32,000 nt of DNA from Shewanellaceae bacterium UBA2521. GTDB taxonomy: Bacteria; Pseudomonadota; Gammaproteobacteria; Enterobacterales; Shewanellaceae. The stretch spans positions 1 through 32,000 of the forward strand of contig DDNL01000090.1 of the NCBI GenBank assembly GCA_002341165.1, in the 5' to 3' direction. The translations under genes were made by a program, and so were the position numbers. The notes beneath the pieces were generated by a model. It searched no databases. It saw only the letters and a program-made list of their open reading frames with translations, and was not told the origin of the DNA. This document shows positions 11,203-20,559 of this stretch, one piece after another (the first letter of the stretch is position 1; each line of letters starts with the position of its first letter).

Positions 11203-12411
11203 CTAATTCATATATGAATCGCCATAATACTTAGATTTTTGATCTTGCCACTCAAGCGTATGTCGCAGCTCAAGAATAGCAATATTTAATTCTTCTAATC
11301 GATCAAACTTTTTGGATACAACAAAGCCAAAATTCTGCCTAAAGAACTGAAAAGGTAAAATAACAAAGTTTTCATAATTACCTTTTCTTTGTTCTTTTTT
11401 CAAACTAAATCGGTTCACCGCATCATCATTGATCATCGCATCAATCACACCAATATCCATAGCATAAAACTTCTCAGATACAGAGTCATAGCCAATATAA
11501 GAAATCCCTTTTTCTCGAGCATAAGCTTCATGGGTTGTACCACTTTGAACACCAACTCTATAATTGATTAAATCACCCACCCCTGAAATCGAACTACTTT
11601 GAACACCAAGCGTAAAGTAACTGGCTAATAAAGCCGTGATACCTGCTAAAAATAAAGTACTAAATACTGCGAGGAACACAGCTAAGACACGACCTGTTAA
11701 GGTTTTAAACTCATAATAATTAAATGGCCCTTTTGTAATAAATAGCAAGCCTAAAATAAAAGCCTCAATAGCTCGCTTGAAATAACCCAGTTTATCCATA
11801 GCATAAATTTTGTCATTTATATTATGCTCTAAAAAATAAAAAACTATAGATACTGTAATTGCTAAAAAGAACAATAAAGAAATAATTCCTGTAAATCGAC
11901 TCGATTGAAATAAAGATTTAAATTGTTCCCAAGCATTTGATCTTCTTGTGACAATAGATACGTAGGTTTCAAAGTAAGAGTGAGTAAAGCTTGCTCTTTT
12001 GAAACGCTCAGAGGTAATAGTGGTACAAGATAAGCCAATATCAAGCTCATTCTCCATGACATTTTCTAGATGCTCTTTCCAAGTCACGCGATGAAGCTCA
12101 TACTCAAGCCCTAACTGAGCGGCGACTTTGTCCCAAAGATAAACAGCTAAACCCGTTGTTGTGCCATCTTCGTTAAAAAAAACGAAAGGTTCACACTCAG
12201 CAGCTCCAACTTGAATCGCTCCTGATTTCTCTTTTTTTAAATCTTTTTGTCTTGCTTCCTCTTGTTGTTCTAATTTACGAAGCGCTTCATAATCAACCTG
12301 ATTAAACTCTTCCTCTTGCGCAAAGGATAAAGAAATACTGGCGGTAACAAAGCCTACCCAAAAGCAACATTTAAGGATATGTTTAGTAAAAGATATATAT
12401 TTGGCTTTCAT
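11203..12411 (-). CDS. Prokaryotic ionotropic glutamate receptor-like protein: periplasmic solute-binding domain (family 3) split by TM1-pore-TM2, copy 1
   Basis: 402 aa. Signal peptide; S1 (IQVGAAECEPFVFFNEDGTTTGLAVYLWDKVA...DIGLSCTTITSERFKRASFTHSYFETYVSIV); TM1 (IISLLFFLAITVSIVFYFLEH); pore and TM2 (IEAFILGLLFITKGPFNYYEFKTLTGRVLAVFLAVFSTLFLAGITALLAS); S2 (VGDLINYRVGVQSGTTHEAYAREKG...GVIDAMINDDAVNRF). Confidence 0.85.
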   Translation of the reverse strand: MKAKYISFTKHILKCCFWVGFVTASISLSFAQEEEFNQVDYEALRKLEQQEEARQKDLKKEKSGAIQVGAAECEPFVFFNEDGTTTGLAVYLWDKVAAQLGLEYELHRVTWKEHLENVMENELDIGLSCTTITSERFKRASFTHSYFETYVSIVTRRSNAWEQFKSLFQSSRFTGIISLLFFLAITVSIVFYFLEHNINDKIYAMDKLGYFKRAIEAFILGLLFITKGPFNYYEFKTLTGRVLAVFLAVFSTLFLAGITALLASYFTLGVQSSSISGVGDLINYRVGVQSGTTHEAYAREKGISYIGYDSVSEKFYAMDIGVIDAMINDDAVNRFSLKKEQRKGNYENFVILPFQFFRQNFGFVVSKKFDRLEELNIAILELRHTLEWQDQKSKYYGDSYMN

Positions 12412-12479
12412 AACAAAAGTACCTATAACATTAATTTTTATCTACACAGTAGGCAAAAAACTATTTCAAACAAAAGCAA

Positions 12480-13703
12480 CTAATTTAAATATGCTTCTCC
12501 ATAGTATTTTCTTTTCTGCTCTTCCCACTCAGATGTTTCTCGAATACGCAGTAACTCGACATTAAGTTCATCACGCTTTTTAAAAAACTTAGAGATAACA
12601 ATACCTATGTTTTGTCTTAAAAACTGATGAGGTAAAATCTCTAGGTTCTCAAACTTTCTACTTAACTGCTCTCTAGGTAAGAGATATCGATTGATTGCAT
12701 CATCAGTAATGATTGCATCCACAACTCCTACCTCAACAGCATGATATTGCTCGAGTGTTGATTCATAAGGAATATAAGAAATACCTTTGCTTTTTGCATA
12801 AGCTTCATTAGTCGTACCAGCGTGGACAGCTATTCTGAAATTGGCCAATTCTGAAACGTTACGAATACGATGACTCTGGATACCTGTAATCAAAATACTC
12901 GCCATCAATGCCGTGATACTCGCTAAAAATAATGTACTAAATACCCCTAGCAAAACCGCCAGAACTCGACCTGTTAAAGTTTTAAATTCATAATAGTTAA
13001 AAGGCCCTTTGGTGATAAAGAGTAACCCCAAAATAAAAGCTTCGATAATGCGCTTGAACCAGCCTAGCTTATCCATTGCATAGATTTTATCGTTAATATT
13101 GTGTTCTAAAAAATAGAACACAATAGAAACGGCTATGGACAAACAAAAGAGTAAAAGCACAATACTTGAGAACTGATTAGATTTAAATAAAGCTAATATT
13201 TGCTCCCATGTATCCGATTTCTCTGTGACAATAGAGACATAGGTTTCAAAAAAAGGATAGGAAAAATAAACACTTTGAGCCCGAGAAGCGCTAATTGATG
13301 TACAAGATAAACCAATATCAATTCTACCTTCACCGGCATACTCAAGATGTTCGGGGAATGAAGTGCGCTCAATGGTATATTTCAGGTTAAGATTCTTAGC
13401 AATTTGCTTCCATAAATAAACAGTCAAGCCCGTCACGCTACCATCTTCTTCGTAAAATACAAACGGAGGACACTCTGCAGCACCAACTCTAACTTCATCT
13501 GTATTTCTTTTTTGCTTATGTGACTGTTCTTGCTTGTTAAAAAGCTCCTGATCTGCAACATTGAAATCTGATTCATTCGCATAAGAGACATAAGATAAAA
13601 TAAGGCCAACTGATGCCATCATCAGTACCAAAACTGGTTTTAAGCGCATATAAACTAACACATAACATATATCTTTGTAGCGTCTATCCATCATTTTTTG
13701 CAT
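12480..13703 (-). CDS. Prokaryotic ionotropic glutamate receptor-like protein, copy 2 (tandem paralogue)
   Basis: 407 aa with the same S1-TM1-P-TM2-S2 layout; S1 VRVGAAECPPFVFYEEDGSVTGLTVYLWKQIA, pore IEAFILGLLFITKGPFNYYEFKTLTGRVLAVLLGVFSTLFLASITALMAS, S2 VSELANFRIAVHAGTTNEAYAKSKG...GVVDAIITDDAINRYLL. 68 nt separates it from copy 1 on the same strand. Confidence 0.85.
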   Translation of the reverse strand: MQKMMDRRYKDICYVLVYMRLKPVLVLMMASVGLILSYVSYANESDFNVADQELFNKQEQSHKQKRNTDEVRVGAAECPPFVFYEEDGSVTGLTVYLWKQIAKNLNLKYTIERTSFPEHLEYAGEGRIDIGLSCTSISASRAQSVYFSYPFFETYVSIVTEKSDTWEQILALFKSNQFSSIVLLLFCLSIAVSIVFYFLEHNINDKIYAMDKLGWFKRIIEAFILGLLFITKGPFNYYEFKTLTGRVLAVLLGVFSTLFLASITALMASILITGIQSHRIRNVSELANFRIAVHAGTTNEAYAKSKGISYIPYESTLEQYHAVEVGVVDAIITDDAINRYLLPREQLSRKFENLEILPHQFLRQNIGIVISKFFKKRDELNVELLRIRETSEWEEQKRKYYGEAYLN

Positions 13704-13875
13704 CTACTCTGTGGTTCTCTTTCAGTCGTTACATTCGGAAAATTTTGATAAAGACATACAACTATTAATCATAGCCTAAAAATAGGGGCTACAAATTCTA
13801 AAGTGCTTAAAGACCATGCCGATACATCGAAATAGTAGATATGAAGAACTTTAGGCATGAGAATAGAGGTTTGTC

Positions 13876-14667
13876 ATGGACTTTAAATTAATCGCACATA
13901 AACTAATGCCATGGGTATTTACAGCTATATTTTTTAGTGGTATTTCTACATTCTTCTTCACTTTCAAACTTTTTCATAATGTCGATAAGCTAGAAATTGC
14001 GTCACAAGAAAAGTTTCAGTCTTACCTAGTAGCCGATGAGTTACGCCAAAGCTCAGATGATCTCACTAGATTAGTAAGAACTTTTGTTATAACAGGTAAT
14101 GATGACTATGAAAAAATGTTCAAAGATGTCATCTCGATTAGAGATGGCATGACTCCTCGACCTCAAAACTACCATCAAATCTATTGGGATTTCGTTATGA
14201 AACATGGTGATAAACCCAAGCCTGATGGGGAACCTATTGCCATACGAGAACGTATGCGTCAGCTCAGCTTTGCAGAGCAAGAACTTAAGTATCTCACTAA
14301 AGCTAAAGACAATTCAGATAAGCTCATCGGAATTGAAATGGATGCGATCAACGCAACGCGTGGCTTATATCGAGACGAAAGCGATAAATATACCCAAAAA
14401 GGACCTAAGAAAATCCAGTGGGCTATTCAAATCTTGCATAATAGACAATATCATAAAGAAAAAGCGAAAATCATGCGCCCGATTGATAACTTTCTATATG
14501 CTGTAGAAAAGCGCACTTCAGATGCCTTCAGCGATAAAATTAAATCAATTAATAATGCCATCATGTTCATTCTTTTTATCAATGCAGGATTATTGATCTT
14601 CTCTGTATTGAGCTTTGTCTCTTTAATACTTGATAAAAAGAACATTAAAAAAGAGCAAGAAAATTAA
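13876..14667 (+). CDS. Stand-alone membrane-anchored sensor domain of the type fused to MCPs, hybrid histidine kinases or GGDEF proteins; no output domain
   Basis: 263 aa, two TMs flanking ADELRQSSDDLTRLVRTFVITGNDDYEKMFKDVISIRDGMTPRPQNYHQIYWDF...; ends after TM2 with only SLILDKKNIKKEQEN. Confidence 0.75.
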   Translation: MDFKLIAHKLMPWVFTAIFFSGISTFFFTFKLFHNVDKLEIASQEKFQSYLVADELRQSSDDLTRLVRTFVITGNDDYEKMFKDVISIRDGMTPRPQNYHQIYWDFVMKHGDKPKPDGEPIAIRERMRQLSFAEQELKYLTKAKDNSDKLIGIEMDAINATRGLYRDESDKYTQKGPKKIQWAIQILHNRQYHKEKAKIMRPIDNFLYAVEKRTSDAFSDKIKSINNAIMFILFINAGLLIFSVLSFVSLILDKKNIKKEQEN

Positions 14668-14690
14668 GAGAAAGCTTGAATTTTGTATTG

Positions 14691-14736
14691 AAAAGCCATG
14701 CATTGAGTACACATCTTTGATGCTATGGCTTTTTTT
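14691..14736 (+). terminator. Rho-independent terminator after the stand-alone sensor gene
   Basis: AAAAGCCATGCAT...ATGCTATGGCTTTTTTT; near-perfect stem followed by a T tract. Confidence 0.85.
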
Positions 14737-14858
14737 GATACTTTTTTTCAAACATACTGATTAAAGCTCAACCACTTCACAAGCCAGCACTCAACCCAAG
14801 TTCAATTATGATATACTGCTCAATTGACTCTGATTTTGGTTACAACATATCGTATTTT

Positions 14859-15014
14859 ATGAAAAAAAAAGATTTGCCAACTAAAATTTGTCCTGTTTGC
14901 CAACGCCCTTTCACTTGGCGCAAAAAGTGGCAAAAAGTCTGGTTACAAGTGCGTTATTGCTCTGAGCGCTGCAGACGCAAACGCTCTACGCATAAGGCAG
15001 ACCCTCATACATAA
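14859..15014 (+). CDS. DUF2256 domain-containing small cysteine-rich protein
   Basis: 51 aa: [51 protein letters not shown], matching the recalled DUF2256 pattern; ATG at 14859 fits better than 14808. Confidence 0.85.
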   Translation: MKKKDLPTKICPVCQRPFTWRKKWQKVWLQVRYCSERCRRKRSTHKADPHT

Positions 15015-15162
15015 TAAGAAATGTTGCTTTAACCTTTATAAAGAAGAAGATAGCTAGGCAAAATATACGCTAAGAAGAAAAGGTTTGGGCTAATAAAATC
15101 ATATCAGCTTTCTATAAAACGCATGCCAAAATATCAACACACACCTTTTCTTTTGATAGTCA

Positions 15163-16794
15163 CTACACTTGAAACTTACCTGTCATGTTTCTTAAATCTG
15201 TTGCTAAGCTGAGAAGATCACTACTTGATTTATTCAGTCCTTCTGCCTGATCAGATGTTGCTTGAGCAGAACTGTGCACATTTTTGAGTGACTTAATTGT
15301 TTCCTCAATAATATCTTCCTGTCTACTACTTGCTGTAACGATTAACTTATTGCCTTGATTAATCTTTTTCATAGCCAACTCAATGGTATTGAGTACACCA
15401 CTTGCAGCTTGTGCTTTTCCGCCCGTTTCATTGGCATATCTTGAGCTTTCTATAATCGACTCAACCGCTTTACGTGTACCCTGCTGAACTTGCTGTACTG
15501 AATTCCTAATTTCTGTTGTGGAGTTGAGGGTTCGGTTTGCGAGAGTTCTCACCTCATCGGCAACAACAGCAAAGCCTCTTCCTTTCTCTCCTGCACGCGC
15601 CGCTTCAATCGCAGCATTAAGCGCCAACAAGTTTGTTTGATCTGCAATATCATTGATGACACTGATTACAGATTCAATACTCTCTACTTCATCACTTAAA
15701 GTCACAATATCATTGTTAATTTCTGTGACCTTTTGCACAAGAACCTGTGTTGACTCAACAGACTCATTCACCACTTCGTGCCCTATTTCCGCCTCTGACA
15801 ATGCATCACTTGCAATATTGTTTGCATTTTCTGCATGCGCTGAAACTTCTTTTGCACTATCGCAAAGAGAGTTAATAGAAACATCAATGGTATCGAGTTT
15901 GGCCAGCTGATCTTGAATGCCATCAGCCGTATCATTACCAATAGCGACAATATTATCAGATGTTTTTTTAAGATTTTGTGAAGCAACATTGATCTGTGTC
16001 ATGATCAGATGAATCTGCTTGAGCATATCATTTAAATCAACCGACATCACTGAGATTTCATAAGGACAAAGTGTATCGGCTTTAACTGTTAAATTACTGT
16101 TTTGCGATACATCACTTAAAACACCTGATAGGTTTTTGATAGATTTTTGAATCGCTCTATAGTTAAAGACGTTCACAGCAATCATAAAAATAATAACAAG
16201 AATATTCAGTATAACGGTCAAATTTTGTATCGAGCTATACTGATCTGCTATCGTTTTACGCTCAAGAGAAGCTTGGTTCAGTTGAATCTCAACCAGTTCA
16301 GTAATCTTATTACTGATCGGATCAATCGTATCATAAAGCGGACCATCAAAGTCGTTCAGCTGATAAGCAACGCGTCCTTTCATCGTACCCAGCTTACGAA
16401 TTACATCATCAACAGATTTATCTGCTGGAATAAAAAGCGCTTCAGCCTCTTTAGCCAATTCAAGCTCCTCTTCAGGCAGCTCAGACTCTTTATAAATTTT
16501 CCAGTTTTTCGCAATATGACCTTTAGCAAACTCTAAATTCTCTTTTGCTTCTTCTGCCGTTACAATACCTGTGTTCGCTTTGTTCACAGCATCAATAATT
16601 AATACAGCATAATCGTCTGCAATGGTCTTAAGCGTACGTAAAGGCACAACGCTGGAGTCGTAAATAGATACCGCCGAGCTCTCGATACCTTGAAGGGACT
16701 TTAAAGATAAAAAAGCAAACCCTATCAAGAAAAGCAGAGGCACAACAGATGTGATAATTAATCGATATTTAATACTGAGTTGGCTCAAACTCAT
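15163..16794 (-). CDS. Methyl-accepting chemotaxis protein (4HB-type periplasmic sensor, HAMP-like linker, MCP signalling domain)
   Basis: 543 aa, two TMs and the hallmark hairpin [56 protein letters not shown]. Confidence 0.93.
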   Translation of the reverse strand: MSLSQLSIKYRLIITSVVPLLFLIGFAFLSLKSLQGIESSAVSIYDSSVVPLRTLKTIADDYAVLIIDAVNKANTGIVTAEEAKENLEFAKGHIAKNWKIYKESELPEEELELAKEAEALFIPADKSVDDVIRKLGTMKGRVAYQLNDFDGPLYDTIDPISNKITELVEIQLNQASLERKTIADQYSSIQNLTVILNILVIIFMIAVNVFNYRAIQKSIKNLSGVLSDVSQNSNLTVKADTLCPYEISVMSVDLNDMLKQIHLIMTQINVASQNLKKTSDNIVAIGNDTADGIQDQLAKLDTIDVSINSLCDSAKEVSAHAENANNIASDALSEAEIGHEVVNESVESTQVLVQKVTEINNDIVTLSDEVESIESVISVINDIADQTNLLALNAAIEAARAGEKGRGFAVVADEVRTLANRTLNSTTEIRNSVQQVQQGTRKAVESIIESSRYANETGGKAQAASGVLNTIELAMKKINQGNKLIVTASSRQEDIIEETIKSLKNVHSSAQATSDQAEGLNKSSSDLLSLATDLRNMTGKFQV

Positions 16795-17021
16795 ACGTAC
16801 ATGAACTCTATCAAAATTTAAACATACTTTTTAATATAGACCATGCATATCACTCATAGTGATAATTTCTGATACTTTAATCTTGGCATGCGTTCGGAGG
16901 CTGAGCATGAGCTACATTCACGTTTACATTGCAGCCCAAGACTCTCTAGTGATTGTTGTGTATTTGTAAAACCATTCTTCTTGGCTGATAAAAATAAATA
17001 ATTTCATCGCCATTTTTATGT

Positions 17022-17264
17022 TTGAGTGAAGTGCTCAAGTTAAAATCATCAGAATATCAAACTCAAGTGCCTTGGTTTTTGTGGTTGAGTCAATCCTTTG
17101 AAAAAGCTTATAACTTGAATCGAAACTACCTCATCAAACTCGTCCAAGAAGAGCATGTATCGCAAGATTATTTTTTCCACACACTGATTCACTTTGCAAG
17201 CGTAGAAACTAAAGCGGTTGAGCCAGAGTTACGTCTCATGCATCGCTGTCGTAACAGCAGCTAA
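17022..17264 (+). CDS. Hypothetical small ORF with TTG start
   Basis: 80 aa open frame in an intergenic gap; no recognised domain and no ATG start for the full frame. Confidence 0.25.
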   Translation: MSEVLKLKSSEYQTQVPWFLWLSQSFEKAYNLNRNYLIKLVQEEHVSQDYFFHTLIHFASVETKAVEPELRLMHRCRNSS

Positions 17265-17321
17265 TGTATACATGATCATTTGTCCATAGAACGACGCACC
17301 TTCATTGCTGAAGGTGCAATG

Positions 17322-19586
17322 TCATGGTTCAAGCTTGAGGTGATGCACAAACTGAGGTTGTATCCACTTAATCAGCGCAGGTAATACAGCAATGCTTGTA
17401 AAAAAGCTGATTCCTACAGCTAAAAACACGATACCACCGAAATGATTTAACGGCGTTACTTCACTGAGTAATAAAGCAGCAAAGCCTAATCCTATCGTGA
17501 GAAAGTTGAAAAGCAAAGCGCGTCCTGTACTGGTAAACAGCGGCTTTAACACTGTATCAAAAGATTGAGCTGTTTCACGCTCTGCACATAAATGTTGAAT
17601 GCGCACTAAAGTATGAATTGAAAAATCAACACCCAAGCCTATAGCAACACTAGCAAACATAGATGTACCAATACCTAAGGCAATATCCATCAATCCCATC
17701 AAAGCATAAATAATCAAAATAGATACTACAACAGGACAAAGCACTAAGAAACCGGCTAAAACAGAGCGAAACAGCATCATTGAAATAAATCCGACTAAAC
17801 ACAAGGTCACAACAATACTGTAAAAGTGACTCGCTCCAATAGCGCTGACCCATTGATTATGCACATACACCTGACCTGTCATCGTCACTTGCATACCTAA
17901 ATCGCTCAGCTCACGATCAATGTAGGATTGAATGTCCTGTAAAATAGGATGCACCGTTGCGTAATCAATATAATTGACTTGTATGCGCATATTCGCTCTT
18001 GTTTGATCTGCATTCATAGCCTGGCGGATTGGAAATTTTTGCTCTGCGAGTTGCTCTAAGAACTGTTGAGTCGCTTGCTCATTCGCTGTCCATTTCAAAT
18101 CAAGAGACTCTGTACCTTGTTTCAAATAATTAATATAAGAAAACGCACTGCCCATATAATCCAGACTGAGAATATAATCTTGTAGTTGCGCAATATGTTC
18201 TATTCTATCGGGACGAAGTAGCCCTTGTTTTTCTGATGTTTCAAAAACAATATCAAGTGTACTTGAACCACCCATATGTTGATTAATTTTTGCATCCGCT
18301 GCGTAAAGTGGCGAATCCGCTTTTAAAATACCAAGACGAGAATCATTTACGCGCACCTGTGTAACTCCGATGATTCCAAGCACAACACACAACATACTTG
18401 CCGCAATAATAAAGCGATAATTGAGCAACACTTTCTCACCCATTTTCGCCATGACAACACCAAAAAAATCTAAATGAGCGCGATCCGATGCCGTACCTGC
18501 AACACGGTAAGAAGGGCTAGGTTTTAACTCAAGTAAAGCAAGACAAGCAGGTAAAAAACAGATGGAATAAAACCACGCTGCGGCAACACCTATTGCTGCA
18601 AACAATCCCAAGTAACGAAAAGGCGGCATATCAGAGCTCCAGTATAACCCCATAAAACCTGATATAGTTGTGAGCGATGTTAACGTAATGGGCTGACCCA
18701 TCTTTAACATGGTGTGCACAACAACTTGTTTTGCATCCCATTGAGGGTGCAATGCCATCAACTCATAGTATTGATTAAAAATATGAATCGCATCTGCAAC
18801 CGCAATACCCAACAAAATAGCTAATAAACCATTTGTCGTTACAAAAAAAGGAATATCAACAAAACTCATCAAACCTAAAGCAAAGATCAATGTACTGAGC
18901 ACCACAACATAAGGCAAAATCGTAGCGCGCAAAGTGCGATAAGCAATAAATAAAATCAGTACCATAATGAACCCTGCAATAGGATTCATTTTTTTTGCAT
19001 CTTGATCAACATACTCACCTAAGTAACCACTGAAAGCACCTTCGCCTGCAACATAAATCTCAACACCTTCTGGTTTATCCATCTGACGCACTTGCTCCAA
19101 TACATCCAGATAAATCTGAGCAGCTTGTTGCTCATCATCCATCTCAGCCGAAATCAAGGTCATTTTTTTATCCGATGAATAAAGCATACCCTGATAAAAA
19201 TGAAGCAGCTTTGCCTGTTGCTCGACCATGGATACAGAGAACTCTTGCTTGAAGAAAGGCAAAGTTTGCAAACTGGTTACACGGGCTGAATCAATCAATG
19301 CGTGATCTTGTAACCTTTGGGTTAAATCAGAAATCAGTTGCAAAACTTCTGTGTTGAATACGCTATCGTTATGATAGATCGCAACCACAAGAGGATCAGT
19401 TAAACCAAATAAAGCTTTAACTTTCTTTTTGTGTACTAAAGCAGGATGATCTGTGCTTAAAAAAGAATCAGCTGATGTATCTCGAGTCAGATCAAATAAG
19501 CCTGTTGCCATGATCAGACATAAAACCAAACACAGAAAAAGTATTTGCTTTGGGTAACGCACTATAGATTGAAAAAAAATCAGCAA
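17322..19586 (-). CDS. MMPL/RND-superfamily predicted exporter
   Basis: 754 aa with duplicated multi-TM halves, YVVVLSTLIFALGLMSFVDIPFFVTTNGLLAILLGIAVADAIHIFNQYYEL and SMFASVAIGLGVDFSIHTLVRI. Confidence 0.88.
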   Translation of the reverse strand: MLIFFQSIVRYPKQILFLCLVLCLIMATGLFDLTRDTSADSFLSTDHPALVHKKKVKALFGLTDPLVVAIYHNDSVFNTEVLQLISDLTQRLQDHALIDSARVTSLQTLPFFKQEFSVSMVEQQAKLLHFYQGMLYSSDKKMTLISAEMDDEQQAAQIYLDVLEQVRQMDKPEGVEIYVAGEGAFSGYLGEYVDQDAKKMNPIAGFIMVLILFIAYRTLRATILPYVVVLSTLIFALGLMSFVDIPFFVTTNGLLAILLGIAVADAIHIFNQYYELMALHPQWDAKQVVVHTMLKMGQPITLTSLTTISGFMGLYWSSDMPPFRYLGLFAAIGVAAAWFYSICFLPACLALLELKPSPSYRVAGTASDRAHLDFFGVVMAKMGEKVLLNYRFIIAASMLCVVLGIIGVTQVRVNDSRLGILKADSPLYAADAKINQHMGGSSTLDIVFETSEKQGLLRPDRIEHIAQLQDYILSLDYMGSAFSYINYLKQGTESLDLKWTANEQATQQFLEQLAEQKFPIRQAMNADQTRANMRIQVNYIDYATVHPILQDIQSYIDRELSDLGMQVTMTGQVYVHNQWVSAIGASHFYSIVVTLCLVGFISMMLFRSVLAGFLVLCPVVVSILIIYALMGLMDIALGIGTSMFASVAIGLGVDFSIHTLVRIQHLCAERETAQSFDTVLKPLFTSTGRALLFNFLTIGLGFAALLLSEVTPLNHFGGIVFLAVGISFFTSIAVLPALIKWIQPQFVHHLKLEP

Positions 19587-19770
19587 ATTTGATATTCCCT
19601 TATCTTTTGATTCAAAAAATGCTCATAACCAATCAAGTTGATACGACATACGAAGCACTTTATTTTTTGACAAGCAGCGTAAAGCAAAAAAAATCAACAT
19701 CGCTTTTATTAAAATAGAATGTGTTATTTAACTTATCTGATGCAGTGAACCTTTCAACACAATTTAATCA

Positions 19771-20559
19771 CTATTTTGATTTCGACAACACAGACTGTTC
19801 ACCGAACATATGTTTTGGATTGGGATAGTGGTAAACAAAATCTTTTGGCATATATTTAGAAGTCACTTTTTTGTTTGTAGTAGGTATCCATTGAATGCGC
19901 TTTGCATCATCTGGTGCAATACCTTGATAAATTTCCTGCGTTGTTGGATGCATAGGTGCAACCAAGTTATAAACATTGTGATTTAAATTTGAGTCTTGAA
20001 TAAGTCTGAGTAGAAATTGGATTACATCATCACGGTGAATATAATTAACAGGACGATCATGTACTGTATCTTTTTTTGAGAAGTAGGTAGTTAAAGTACG
20101 ATCATATCCCATTAATCCACCAAGGCGCACCATACAAAAAGTATTAGACTGTGAACGTACTTGCTGCTCAACTTGGCAAATAGAACTCTCATCAACCGCT
20201 TTCAATGGCGAGTCTTCGTCGACCTCATCTTGATTTTGAGCGTAAACAGAAATAGAGCTTAATAAAATAACACGCGTTGTGGAGTGTAAACTTGCTAGAG
20301 CTTGAGTCACCGTATCTTGGTAAACTTGAGGTTGACGAGAAGGAGGCACGGTAATGATCAATTGATCACAGTCAAAAAAACGCTTGTCCCAAAGTTGTTG
20401 AGTGATATCGATCAAAAAAGATTCAATGTGATGCGCTTGCATGTCATCTATTTTTGCAAGCGTTGTTGTGGAACCTTTTACCTCAAAGCCAAGTTGCTTT
20501 AATTTTTTTGCCAAAGGCATACCTGTCCAGCCACAACCTAAAATACTTATTTTTTGCAT
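19771..20559 (-). CDS. NAD(P)-dependent epimerase/dehydratase family protein (YeeZ-like)
   Basis: 262 aa; MQKISILGCGWTGMPLAKKLKQLGFEVKGSTTT, VILLSSISVYAQNQDEVDE, YIHRDDVIQFLLRLI. Confidence 0.82.
   Translation of the reverse strand: MQKISILGCGWTGMPLAKKLKQLGFEVKGSTTTLAKIDDMQAHHIESFLIDITQQLWDKRFFDCDQLIITVPPSRQPQVYQDTVTQALASLHSTTRVILLSSISVYAQNQDEVDEDSPLKAVDESSICQVEQQVRSQSNTFCMVRLGGLMGYDRTLTTYFSKKDTVHDRPVNYIHRDDVIQFLLRLIQDSNLNHNVYNLVAPMHPTTQEIYQGIAPDDAKRIQWIPTTNKKVTSKYMPKDFVYHYPNPKHMFGEQSVLSKSK

Noticed and set aside
11700-13100. Recent gene conversion as the cause of identical pore sequences
   Set aside because: More than half of the codons in the identical 31-residue block differ synonymously, which recent conversion would have erased.
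11203-13703. Ordinary amino-acid ABC transporter substrate-binding proteins
   Set aside because: The binding domain is interrupted by two hydrophobic TM segments and a pore-like loop, and no ABC permease or ATPase genes are adjacent.
13876-14667. Frameshifted or truncated MCP or histidine kinase pseudogene
   Set aside because: A strong terminator begins about 24 nt after the stop, and no HAMP, kinase or MCP sequence was seen in the following frames up to DUF2256.
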